A DNA stretch of 63,675 nucleotides, the filler included. It is 4 parts of 4 records of this genome, joined end to end, with 100 filler letters (N's around TTAATTAATTAA, not from the genome) between each part and the next. Parts side by side here need not be neighbours in the genome. Positions count along the whole stretch, not along the records: positions 20,426 to 52,130 come from SRR20825019_154; 3 more parts are not named here. The stretch is one strand, 5' to 3'. A program made the translations under genes and the position numbers. This document shows positions 40,640-49,454 of the stretch, in pieces. Within the stretch, counting starts at the first letter, position 1; every line of letters starts with the position of its first letter. The notes under the pieces were generated by a model. That model was given only the letters and a program-made list of their open reading frames with translations. It was not told where the DNA came from and did no database searches.

Positions 40640-41821
40640 TCAGTGCTCGGTGCCGGAGCCACCGACGGCGACGATGGTATAGGGCAGACCCTCCACGCTC
40701 AGCGCGCGGGCGACTTCGAAGCTTTCGGCATTGACGAGATGCACCTTGCCGGCCATGGGGTCGGTGACGGCTATGACGTCGCCGGCGACGGCCAGGCGCG
40801 GGCGCGGCAAGCTCCATTCGCCGTCCATGGAATAGGGCTCGGTGATTGTCACGGACCTGGTGATCTCGCCCTTGAGCACGTCAAGTTGGCGGAGCTGGCC
40901 ATCTTCGGTGAAGATGTAAGCGAATTTGGGCCGGACCGGATCGGTGACGAAATGCACCCGGCGGGTGGGTAAATCGACCAGGCGATAGGGCTCAGCTTCG
41001 GCCGGATCGACGATGACGAGTTTGTCGGCCCCGTAATTGCCGAGGAAATATTGCAGCCCCTGCCCGCCGATCAGCGTGGTGGACTTGCCCTCGGGCAGGC
41101 CCGCATAGTCGAGCTTCTCGACCTTTGGCGCGCCTGAGCCGGAGACGACCAGCAGGCCATCGCCGCAGCCGACCACGGCGAGGTTGCCCGAGCTCGCCTC
41201 GCCATGCAGATCCGGGCACGGATAGGTTTCACCCACTTGATCGCCATTTGCGTCGAGCACGTTGAGCCCAAGGCGCGGCTTCTTCTCGTTATCGGCATCG
41301 GCCGTCGAGACCAGCGTGTAGTCGCCCCAGGGGATAGCCACGCCGTGATGGGCGGTGCCGCTGTCGAGCTCGGACATAACAAGCTCGCCGTCATGCGCCC
41401 AGTGATGGGCGCTGAACAGGTTTACCAGGCCCGAGCCGTCGAAGAACATGGCGACCTTGCCATCGTGCTCGACGAAATGGGCAGGTTTTTCGCCGGTGAG
41501 CACGGCTGGGACCAGCGTCGGTTCGGTGATTTCGATATCGCCGTGGTCGCCGTGATCGTCGACCGAAATGCCCGCGTTTATGGCCGAGACCTGATTGCCG
41601 GCACCCTGCACCGCGAAGACGGCGCCATCGGCCGTGTAGAGACTGGCCGGGCTGGCCAGCGGGAAGGTGGCAACGGCTGCGCCGGTTTCCAGGTCCAGCG
41701 CCGTCACCTGCGGCGCAGTATGATCACCGATGAAGAGACGCCAGGCGCTGGTTTCGTCAGCCAGGGCGGGGACGCTGAGCGCCGTGGCGGCGAGCAGGGC
41801 CAGGGGGAGGGTCTTGTGCAT
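40640..41821 (-). CDS. aztD: Periplasmic zinc metallochaperone, AztD-like beta-propeller
   Basis: Signal peptide, DDHGDHGD, KPAHFVEH, AHHGVA and CPDLHGEA; Zur box upstream. Confidence 0.8.
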   Translation of the reverse strand: MHKTLPLALLAATALSVPALADETSAWRLFIGDHTAPQVTALDLETGAAVATFPLASPASLYTADGAVFAVQGAGNQVSAINAGISVDDHGDHGDIEITEPTLVPAVLTGEKPAHFVEHDGKVAMFFDGSGLVNLFSAHHWAHDGELVMSELDSGTAHHGVAIPWGDYTLVSTADADNEKKPRLGLNVLDANGDQVGETYPCPDLHGEASSGNLAVVGCGDGLLVVSGSGAPKVEKLDYAGLPEGKSTTLIGGQGLQYFLGNYGADKLVIVDPAEAEPYRLVDLPTRRVHFVTDPVRPKFAYIFTEDGQLRQLDVLKGEITRSVTITEPYSMDGEWSLPRPRLAVAGDVIAVTDPMAGKVHLVNAESFEVARALSVEGLPYTIVAVGGSGTEH

Positions 41822-41834
41822 AGTAAACTCCGGT

Positions 41835-41851
41835 ATGTTAGCACATTACAT
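41835..41851. promoter_or_regulatory. Zur box upstream of aztD
   Basis: ATGTTAGCACATTACAT, a near match to ATGTnATnnnATnACAT. Confidence 0.7.
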
Positions 41852-42326
41852 CGCGAGGGCGCGAATGGATGGGGTTGGGAGGTGGAGGGCTGGTGGGTGG
41901 TGGGATGGGAGGTGGAGAACTGGTGGGGATTGAGACGGGAGAGTGGAGGACTGGAGGGCGGACTGGATGGTGGAGACCCGAGGGTGGTGGACTGGGGATG
42001 GACGGGAGAGTGGAGGACTGGGGGCGGCGGATTCGGGGTGGCGGTTTGGGCAGGGAGAATTGGTGGGGCGATACCAGAAGAGGTACCGGGTTAGCTCTCC
42101 ACAATGCGGGGAGGTTTGGGTTGGGTATCAATGCGCTGGATTGCGCCCTCGTGAGCCCCCAATCAGTCAAGGCGGGCGTTTCGCCTGCGGGGTGCGACGC
42201 CTTGGTAGGCGCTGGCTGTCGGCGCAGCGCAGGCCCGGATCCATCTGACAATCTGGGGATGAACCCCGGCTTGCTGCCGGGGCAATATCGAGAACCAGAA
42301 GACGTCCCTCGATCAGGTTGGTGGCA

Positions 42327-43307
42327 TTACCCCAGGCACTCGACCAGCCCATTGGCCAGGCTGCGCAGAAGCTCGGGATAGAGGTCGGGCCCTTCGGCCA
42401 GTGCGCTGCCCTCGGGATCCAGCGTGCCCGCCAGGGCAGTGGTGTCTTCAACGATGGTGCGGACAATGGCCGGTTCGAAATTGGGTTCGGCAAAGACACA
42501 GGTTGCGCCGAGCTCACCCACCTTGGCCCGCAATTCGTCGATGCGGGCGGCGCCGGGCATGGCTTCAGGCGAAACGGTGACGGTGCCGGCAACCGTCAGG
42601 CCAAAGCGGTTCTCGAAATACTGGTAGGCATCGTGAAAGACGATGAAGGGCTTATCGGCAACCGGCGCCAGGGTGGCCGTCAATTCGGAGGAGAGGGCGT
42701 CCAACCGGGCCGCTTCGGCTTCGGCATTGGCGGCGTAAGCGGCGGCATTATCGGGGTCGGCGCCGGACAGCGTCTGGGCAATATGGGCGACCATCAGCTT
42801 GGCGTTCACGGGGTCGAGCCAGAAATGCATGTCGCCGTCCCCTTCGGCATGGTTGTGCCCCTCGTGACCGTGCTCGTCATGATCGTGCTCGTCGTGGCCG
42901 TGTTCATTCTCGTGCCCGTGGTCGTCCCCCTCATGCATATGCGCCTCGAAGGCCCCGCCTTCGCGGACAGGCAGCAATGCGATGCCGGGGGCTTCGGCAA
43001 GCTCGACCACCTGGGCATTGGTGGACAAGGTCTCGAGTGCGTCGGCCAGGAAAAGCTCCATGCCATGCCCAGTCCAGAAGACAATATCGGCTGCCTCAAG
43101 AGCCGCAGCATCGGAGGGACGGAGCGAATAGGTATGTGGGGAAGCAGCGCCTTTGACGATGAGGGCAGGCGTTCCAACATCACCCATGACGGCGGAAACG
43201 AGCGAGTGAACAGGCTTGGTGGACGCCACGACAGCGGGGGCAGCAATTGCCGTGCCGGTCAGCAGCAAGGTTGCGAAGGCGGCGAGAGGGAGGGTGAATT
43301 TTGTCAT
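42327..43307 (-). CDS. znuA: Zinc ABC transporter substrate-binding protein
   Basis: SPHTYSLRPSD, a His-rich loop, DMHFWLDP, FHDAYQYFE and LDPEG. Confidence 0.94.
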   Translation of the reverse strand: MTKFTLPLAAFATLLLTGTAIAAPAVVASTKPVHSLVSAVMGDVGTPALIVKGAASPHTYSLRPSDAAALEAADIVFWTGHGMELFLADALETLSTNAQVVELAEAPGIALLPVREGGAFEAHMHEGDDHGHENEHGHDEHDHDEHGHEGHNHAEGDGDMHFWLDPVNAKLMVAHIAQTLSGADPDNAAAYAANAEAEAARLDALSSELTATLAPVADKPFIVFHDAYQYFENRFGLTVAGTVTVSPEAMPGAARIDELRAKVGELGATCVFAEPNFEPAIVRTIVEDTTALAGTLDPEGSALAEGPDLYPELLRSLANGLVECLG

Positions 43308-43344
43308 GGTCTGGCCTCTTGGCAACGGAAGGGTGGAGAGCGAT

Positions 43345-43386
43345 ATGTTATGTTATTACACTTGCAGCAGTGTTATGCTATAACGT
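43345..43386. promoter_or_regulatory. Tandem Zur boxes in the divergent znuA/znuC promoter
   Basis: ATGTTATGTTATTACAC (43345-43361) and GTGTTATGCTATAACGT (43370-43386). Confidence 0.82.
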
Positions 43387-43447
43387 ATTGATTGGCGTCA
43401 AGACGGGTTGTTGGGCTTTTTTTGGTCGCGTATGCGAAGGGGCCACC

Positions 43448-43480
43448 AACCCCCACCGACCTCCCTCGAAGAAGGGGAGG
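43448..43480. repeat. REP-like palindrome upstream of znuC
   Basis: AACCCCCACCGACCTCCCTCGAAGAAGGGGAGG resembles the cobN copy at 35589-35625. Confidence 0.6.
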
Positions 43481-43501
43481 AGCGAAGGAAACCTGAATTT
43501 C

Positions 43502-44308
43502 ATGCATGACCATCGGCAGAGAGAAACCCTGATCACACTTGCCGGCGCCGGCGTGCGCAGTGGCAGGCGGGTATTGGTGGAAGGCGTTGACCTGACGATT
43601 TCACGCGGCGAGATCGTCACCCTGATCGGGCCGAACGGATCGGGCAAGTCGACAACGGCCAAGATGGTGACGGGTGTGTTGCGACCGAGCATGGGCACGG
43701 TGACCCGCAAGCCGGGCCTGACCATCGGCTATGTACCGCAGAAGCTGGCCATTGACTGGACACTGCCACTGACCGTCGAACGGCTGATGACATTGACGGG
43801 ACGGTTTTCATCAGGCGAGATCGAAGGGGCTCTTGAGGCGGTTGGCGCAAAGCGCTTGCTCAAGGCCGCCGTACAGGAACTGTCGGGAGGCGAGTTTCAG
43901 CGTGTGCTGTTCGCCCGCGCAATGATCCGCAAGCCGGACCTGCTGGTCTTGGACGAGCCGGTGCAGGGGGTCGACTTCTCCGGCGAAGCGGCCCTCTACC
44001 AGTTGATCCGGCAGATCCGCGACAAGACGCAAGCGGGCATATTGATGATTTCGCATGATCTGCATGTGGTGATGGCCGAAACGGATACTGTCATTTGCCT
44101 CAATGGCCATGTCTGCTGCCGGGGCACGCCCAATGCGGTCAAGACCAGCCCGGAATATCTGCGGCTGTTCGGCGACCGGGCGGGTTCGGCCCTGGCGATC
44201 TATGAGCATCATCACGACCATGAGCACCACGAGGATGGTTGTGTGGTCGGGGCCGAGCATGGGCACGAACATGCGCATCACCATGAGGGGCACGGCCATG
44301 GGCACTGA
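43502..44308 (+). CDS. znuC: Zinc ABC transporter ATP-binding protein
   Basis: GPNGSGKST, LSGGEFQR, LDEP and a His-rich tail. Confidence 0.94.
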   Translation: MHDHRQRETLITLAGAGVRSGRRVLVEGVDLTISRGEIVTLIGPNGSGKSTTAKMVTGVLRPSMGTVTRKPGLTIGYVPQKLAIDWTLPLTVERLMTLTGRFSSGEIEGALEAVGAKRLLKAAVQELSGGEFQRVLFARAMIRKPDLLVLDEPVQGVDFSGEAALYQLIRQIRDKTQAGILMISHDLHVVMAETDTVICLNGHVCCRGTPNAVKTSPEYLRLFGDRAGSALAIYEHHHDHEHHEDGCVVGAEHGHEHAHHHEGHGHGH

Positions 44309-44328
44309 GCTAGAATCCTATTTCCTCA

Positions 44329-44436
44329 CCCCCTCCCTAGCGTCGCCGAGGCGCGATGCACCTGGCTTTGCCCCCCTCCCCTCAAGGGGGAGGGTACCGG
44401 AGCTTGGCCAACGGCCTAGCGACGGTAGGGAGGGGG
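44329..44436. repeat. Composite REP/MITE-like element: 18-bp terminal inverted repeats around an internal hairpin
   Basis: CCCCCTCCCTAGCGTCGC ... GCGACGGTAGGGAGGGGG (1 mismatch), with internal CCCTCCCC-TCAAG-GGGGAGGG. Confidence 0.8.
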
Positions 44437-44442
44437 GATCCC

Positions 44443-45261
44443 ATGTTCTCTGATTTCTTTTCCCGCGCCCTGATTGCCGGGGTGGGCCTGGCCGCCGTGA
44501 CCGGCCCGCTGGGTTGCTTCGTGGTGTGGCGCCGCATGGCCTATTTCGGCGACACCATGGCCCATTCGGCGCTATTGGGCGTAGCGCTATCGATCTTGCT
44601 GTCCGTCAATGTGACGCTGGGTGTCTTTGCCGTTGCGGCGCTGGTGGCGGGAGCACTGTTGCTGTTGCAGAAGCAGAACACGCTTTCGACCGATGCCCTT
44701 TTGGGGATTCTCAGCCATTCAAGTCTGGCTGTCGGGCTGGTGATTGTCGGCTTCCTGACCCAGGTGCGGATCGATCTGATGGGGTTCCTGTTCGGCGATA
44801 TCCTGGCCGTCTCGGTGGAGGATATTGCGATCATCTATGGCGGGGGTATCGCCATTCTCGCCATCCTGGTGCTGAACTGGCGGCCGCTGCTGGCGGCAAC
44901 GGTCAGCCCCGAGCTGGCGGAGGCCGAAGGCCTGCGCCCCGAAATCAGCCGCATCATCCTGATGCTGCTGATGGCCAGTGTCATTGCCATTGCCATGAAG
45001 CTGGTGGGGGTTCTGCTGATCACTTCGCTGCTGATCATTCCGGCTGCCACGGCGCGGCGGTTGAGTGCCACACCAGAAATGATGGCCGTGGTCGCGGCCG
45101 TGCTGGGCGGGCTTTCGGTGGTCGGCGGCTTGTTCGGGTCACGGACCTGGGATACCGCTTCTGGACCATCCATCGTGGTGATGGCGCTGGCGCTGTTCTT
45201 ACTATCGCTGGTGGTGCCCACGGCGCGGCTGTTTGGCAGGAGAGATCACTATGGCACATGA
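44443..45261 (+). CDS. znuB: Zinc ABC transporter permease
   Basis: GCFVVWRRMAYFGDTMAHSALLG, LFGDIL and IIPAATAR. Confidence 0.95.
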   Translation: MFSDFFSRALIAGVGLAAVTGPLGCFVVWRRMAYFGDTMAHSALLGVALSILLSVNVTLGVFAVAALVAGALLLLQKQNTLSTDALLGILSHSSLAVGLVIVGFLTQVRIDLMGFLFGDILAVSVEDIAIIYGGGIAILAILVLNWRPLLAATVSPELAEAEGLRPEISRIILMLLMASVIAIAMKLVGVLLITSLLIIPAATARRLSATPEMMAVVAAVLGGLSVVGGLFGSRTWDTASGPSIVVMALALFLLSLVVPTARLFGRRDHYGT

Positions 45262-45664
45262 CCATGCCATGCCCACGGACCTGACCCGGAACCAGGAACT
45301 GGTGCTGGGCACGCTCAACCACGCCCCGGCTCCGCTCTCGGCCTATGACATTCTCGATCTGTTGCGCTCAGAGGGCCTCAGGGCGCCGCTGCAGATCTAT
45401 CGCGCGCTCGACAAGCTGGTGGAACGGGGCCTGGCGCATCGGCTGGAATCGCTCAACGCCTTCGTGGCCTGCGCAGACGAACATTGCCATCGCAAGGGGC
45501 TGATTGCTTTTGCCATTTGCGAGGGTTGCGGCAAGGTGGATGAATTCGCCGATGCGGTGATCGAAGATCGTCTGGGCAAATGGGCTGGCGCGACCGGATT
45601 CAAGGTCGAGCGAACGACCATGGAAATCCGCGGTAAATGCGCGGAATGCCTGAAGGCGGCCTGA
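45251..45664 (+). CDS. zur: Zinc uptake regulator (Fur family)
   Basis: LSAYDIL, APLQIYRAL, HRLESLNAF and two CxxC motifs. Confidence 0.93.
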   Translation: MAHDHAMPTDLTRNQELVLGTLNHAPAPLSAYDILDLLRSEGLRAPLQIYRALDKLVERGLAHRLESLNAFVACADEHCHRKGLIAFAICEGCGKVDEFADAVIEDRLGKWAGATGFKVERTTMEIRGKCAECLKAA

Positions 45665-45706
45665 AGCGCAGGCCATTCTCCTCGTGCTAAAGTCGCTTTG
45701 CAGCCG

Positions 45707-46261
45707 TTAGCTGAATGTCAGAAAGCGCACGGCGGCCGCGCCATATTCACGGGTGTCTTCGAGTTCAAAGCCCGCGGGAATGGAGACCTCGGCACTAGCG
45801 GCCTCTTCCCAGACGATGGTGGCACCGGGCGCAATCCAGCCATTTGCGGCGAGTTCGGCGAGGGCCTTTTCGCCCAGACCCTGACCATAGGGCGGATCGA
45901 GAAAGATCAGGTCGAATTGGCCGAAGGTACCCGGCGTACCGAGCGCGGTGGCGTCGCGGCGCAGCAGCTTGGTGAAGCCGGCGGCGCCAAAGGCCTGGAT
46001 GTGATCGCGAATGAGGCCGCGCGCCTCTGCCCCGGTATCGACAAAGGTGACATGGGCCGCACCGCGCGAAAGCGCTTCGAGGCCCAATGCCCCCGTACCG
46101 GCAAACAGATCAAGCACCCGCTTGCCCTCGAGCACCGGTCCAAGCCGGGAGCCGAGAATGTTGAACATCGATTCGCGCGCCCGGTCCGAAGTGGGGCGAA
46201 TGCTGTCATCTGCGGGTGATGACAGCTGCTTGCCGCGAAATTTGCCGGCGACGATGCGCAT
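45707..46261 (-). CDS. rsmD: 16S rRNA m2G966 methyltransferase
   Basis: MRIVAG, IRPTSDR, LDLFAGTGALG and DPPY. Confidence 0.95.
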   Translation of the reverse strand: MRIVAGKFRGKQLSSPADDSIRPTSDRARESMFNILGSRLGPVLEGKRVLDLFAGTGALGLEALSRGAAHVTFVDTGAEARGLIRDHIQAFGAAGFTKLLRRDATALGTPGTFGQFDLIFLDPPYGQGLGEKALAELAANGWIAPGATIVWEEAASAEVSIPAGFELEDTREYGAAAVRFLTFS

Positions 46262-46267
46262 GCGCGG

Positions 46268-47992
46268 TTAGCCCCTCGGCTTGCGCGGGCCACCGGAGGG
46301 CCGCCCGCCTGTGGGACGCCCACCGGTTGGCCGGGGACCACCGGGCTTGCCCGCAAAGGGCTTGCCGCCGGGACGGCCGCCCGCAGGACGCGCACCACCG
46401 GGCTTGCCGGCATAGGGCTTGGCCGCGCCACCGGGCTTGCCGGCGAAGGGCTTGCGATCACCGAAGGTTTTGCCGCCCGGGCGGGCGTCGGCGCGCTGGG
46501 GACGGTCACCATAGGGTCGGTCGCCCCGCGCCGGCCGATCGCCTTGGGGACGTTCGGTGCGGGGACCACGGGCCGGCTTATCGCCGTAAGGCCGCTGCGG
46601 ACGATCCGCATAGTCACGCTTGGGGCGATCATCGAATTTCCGGTCGGGACGCGGGCCACGGGCTGGACGGTCGCCTTGAGGACGGGCCGGCTTGTCACCG
46701 AAATTGCGTTTCGGGCGGTCGCCAAAATCTTTCTTGGGACGGTCGGAGAAACCGCCGCGTGCCGGCTTGTCGCCAAAGCTGCGCTTGGGCCGATCTTCGA
46801 AGCCGCGTTCTGTTCGCGGACCGCGTGCGGGCCGGTCACCAAAATCACGCTTGGGACGGTCAGCAAAGCCTGAGCGCGCCGGTTTGTCGCCATCGCGGCG
46901 GGGTGGCCGGTCGCCAAAGGACTTGCGGCCCTCAGGACGATCAGACCGCTCAGGGCGGCCAGCCGACTTTCCGAAGCTGCGGGATGGCTGCGCATCGCGA
47001 TCCCGGCGTGGGCGATCGTCACCCTTGGGCTGGAAGGCCTCGGGGGCGCGACCATCATCTTCGAAATGGATGCGGCGCGGCCGCATGGGGCGATCCTCAT
47101 CGCGGTCCCGGCCCCCGGTTGGGCGTGGGCGGAGTGGTTGGCGGTCGCGCGGGGAACGGACAGGACGTTCATCGCGGACCGGGGCGGTATCGGGCATCTC
47201 GCTTTCGAAATCGACGCCCGCAGATTCGGCCAGCTTCTTGCCGAGCTGATCGCGCAGCATGCGCGCCTTGACCATCTCGACGCCGCCTTCGGCCAGATCG
47301 CCAAGCTGGAATGGTCCATAGGAAATACGGATCAGCCGGTTCACTTCGAGACCGAGCGAGCCCAGCACATTCTTGACTTCGCGGTTCTTGCCTTCGCGCA
47401 GGCCCAGCACCATCCAGACATTGCTGCCCTGGTCGCGTTCCAGCGTGGCCGTGATCGGGCCATATTGCACACCATCAACCGTAATGCCGTGCTTGAGGCT
47501 GTCGAGCTGGGTCTGGGTGACCGAACCGAAGGCGCGGACGCGATAGCGACGCAGCCAGCCGGTGGAGGGCAGCTCAAGCACGCGCTTGAGCCCGCCATCA
47601 TTGGTGAGCAGAAGCAGACCTTCGGTATTGATGTCGAGGCGGCCCACGGTCAGCACACGGGGGAGCCCCATGCGGTCGAGTTCCTCGAAGATCGTTGGAC
47701 GGCCTTCGGGGTCTTTCTCGGTGACCACCAGGCCCGCGGGCTTGTTATAGAGCCAGACACGGGTGCCCTGGCGCGCGGCGAGCGGAAGGCCATCGACCGC
47801 GATCTTGTCGCGGCTGGTGACATTGAAGGCGGGGGTGAGCACGGTCTTGCCGTTGACCGCCACGCGGCCATCGGCAATCCAGCCCTCGGCATCACGCCGG
47901 GAGCAGAGGCCCGCCCGGGCAATGACCTTTGCCAGACGGTCGGCGGATTCGGGTTGTTTTGGGGTGTCGCTCATTGGAGCACTTTCTGACAT
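46268..47992 (-). CDS. rluB: 23S rRNA pseudouridine synthase RluB-like, with a long repetitive basic C-terminal tail; start may be 47974
   Basis: S4 domain (RLAKVIARAGLCSRR), VGRLDINTEGLLL and EGKNREV. Confidence 0.88.
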   Translation of the reverse strand: MSESAPMSDTPKQPESADRLAKVIARAGLCSRRDAEGWIADGRVAVNGKTVLTPAFNVTSRDKIAVDGLPLAARQGTRVWLYNKPAGLVVTEKDPEGRPTIFEELDRMGLPRVLTVGRLDINTEGLLLLTNDGGLKRVLELPSTGWLRRYRVRAFGSVTQTQLDSLKHGITVDGVQYGPITATLERDQGSNVWMVLGLREGKNREVKNVLGSLGLEVNRLIRISYGPFQLGDLAEGGVEMVKARMLRDQLGKKLAESAGVDFESEMPDTAPVRDERPVRSPRDRQPLRPRPTGGRDRDEDRPMRPRRIHFEDDGRAPEAFQPKGDDRPRRDRDAQPSRSFGKSAGRPERSDRPEGRKSFGDRPPRRDGDKPARSGFADRPKRDFGDRPARGPRTERGFEDRPKRSFGDKPARGGFSDRPKKDFGDRPKRNFGDKPARPQGDRPARGPRPDRKFDDRPKRDYADRPQRPYGDKPARGPRTERPQGDRPARGDRPYGDRPQRADARPGGKTFGDRKPFAGKPGGAAKPYAGKPGGARPAGGRPGGKPFAGKPGGPRPTGGRPTGGRPSGGPRKPRG

Positions 47993-48052
47993 GCGGGACC
48001 CATGATGCCACGAGCGGGATCGCGGTGGCGGGCGGCGCGATAAAATAAGCAA

Positions 48053-48076
48053 AGCGGCCGGAACAGTCCGGCCGCT
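48053..48076 (-). terminator. Probable rho-independent terminator
   Basis: AGCGGCCGGA-ACAG-TCCGGCCGCT stem, followed on the minus strand by TTGCTTATTTT. Confidence 0.55.
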
Positions 48077-48102
48077 GGAATTGGAAACGGAAGACGCTGA
48101 GC

Positions 48103-48798
48103 TTAGAGCTCGGTCTCCGAGGTCGTCAATGTGGCCCCCTGCGTCGCCATGGCGCCTCCCCTCGGACCGCTGGCGCGCAAGGCATTGCGCACGTCTTCGG
48201 GGCAGCGCTCGTCGCGCACGGAAACCAGTTCCCCTGAAGCAGCGCGGCAGACCAGTTGAGCGTCGCCGACGCGGGTAAAGTACTCCGCCGGCGGCAGATA
48301 GAGCGGGCGCTCATTATTGGCCGTGACAGCCATGTTCGCCTGTTGCATGCGCGCGGTAAGCTGACGCGCCTCGGCCTCGGTCAACGGGCGGCCTCCAAGC
48401 GTGCGCATATCGACAACGCGGGCGTCACGCAGCAGACGCAGGTCCGACTCACTGAGATTGGTGGTGTCGATCTGCACAGTATCGCTGTCGGCTGGCAATT
48501 GGGCCGCAGCCACCTGGGTGGTGGGCGCAGGCAGGTTGGCATTGGATTTGGGCAGCACGAGCGGTGCGCGCGCGGCGGTCAGGTCTTCTTTTGGCGGATC
48601 GCCGGGAATGAGGCCGACGCCACGGGCGGTGGTGTTCATCACCTCGCGCTCGAAGGTGCCAAAATCGGTCAGGGCATTGGTGCCTTCAACCGTGGTACAG
48701 GCCGCAAGCGCCAAGCTTGCCACCAGCCCAAGAGCTGCAAGGCCAGCGCGTGCGGCGGCAGAAATGGCAGCACTCTGCCCGGTCAATGCGATACGCAT
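48103..48798 (-). CDS. Hypothetical lipoprotein
   Basis: Lipobox LAAC after a hydrophobic stretch; RAPLVLP and LYLPPAEY. Downstream of lspA. Confidence 0.72.
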   Translation of the reverse strand: MRIALTGQSAAISAAARAGLAALGLVASLALAACTTVEGTNALTDFGTFEREVMNTTARGVGLIPGDPPKEDLTAARAPLVLPKSNANLPAPTTQVAAAQLPADSDTVQIDTTNLSESDLRLLRDARVVDMRTLGGRPLTEAEARQLTARMQQANMAVTANNERPLYLPPAEYFTRVGDAQLVCRAASGELVSVRDERCPEDVRNALRASGPRGGAMATQGATLTTSETEL

Positions 48799-48884
48799 GC
48801 AAATTCCCTTACGATATCGGCGGCCTCTATAGCGCATTCCCAGCCTTAAGACCAGATTCTGGCAGCACAGTGATTATTTGTCGC

Positions 48885-49451
48885 TCAGCTCGATTTGGCT
48901 GTGCGGCGGCGGAACAGGCCCAGGAGATCAACAAAAAGCAGTATGACGCCCAAGGTGATGGCCACATCTGCCAGATTGAAAATGTAGAATGACCAATTTC
49001 CCCAATGAAAGTGGAAGAAATCGGCCACGGCACCGTAGATGAGGCGGTCGAGGGCGTTGGAGAGGGCCCCGCCCACGCAAAGCGCCAGACCGAGCCGCAC
49101 CAATAATTCGGTGCTGCGCCACCACCAGACCGAGAGCGCCACGATGGCGACGAGCATGATTGCGCCCAGCGCCCAGACCGGCAGGCTATCGAGCAGGCCA
49201 TAGGAAATGCCGGTATTCCAGACCAAAACATAGTCGAAGAACGGGGTGACGCTGAGCAATTCACCACCGCGCCAGCCGGTCAGCGTGATGGGTTCGAAGA
49301 AATAGGGGACGCTGACGCAGGCGGCCTGGCCAATGGCGTAGCATTCGGCGGCGATGTGATAGGCCTTTTGCGCGCGGTCCAGCCCAAAGGCGATGACCGC
49401 CACCATGAGCGAGGCGATCACCGAAATGTCAACGCGGCGCAAGGTTGCCAA
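48885..49451 (-). CDS. lspA: Lipoprotein signal peptidase II
   Basis: WNTGISYG, GGALSNALDR, GAVADF and FNLAD. Confidence 0.94.
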   Translation of the reverse strand: MATLRRVDISVIASLMVAVIAFGLDRAQKAYHIAAECYAIGQAACVSVPYFFEPITLTGWRGGELLSVTPFFDYVLVWNTGISYGLLDSLPVWALGAIMLVAIVALSVWWWRSTELLVRLGLALCVGGALSNALDRLIYGAVADFFHFHWGNWSFYIFNLADVAITLGVILLFVDLLGLFRRRTAKSS

Positions 49452-49454
49452 AGG

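Noticed and set aside
41204-42381. Gly/Trp-rich ORFs across the G-rich tract
   Set aside because: Composition-driven translations that overlap aztD antisense and its Zur box.
46440-46960. Periodic nucleotide repeats suggesting a CRISPR array
   Set aside because: Degenerate codon-level repeats of the RluB tail. No identical repeat-spacer structure and no cas genes in the window.
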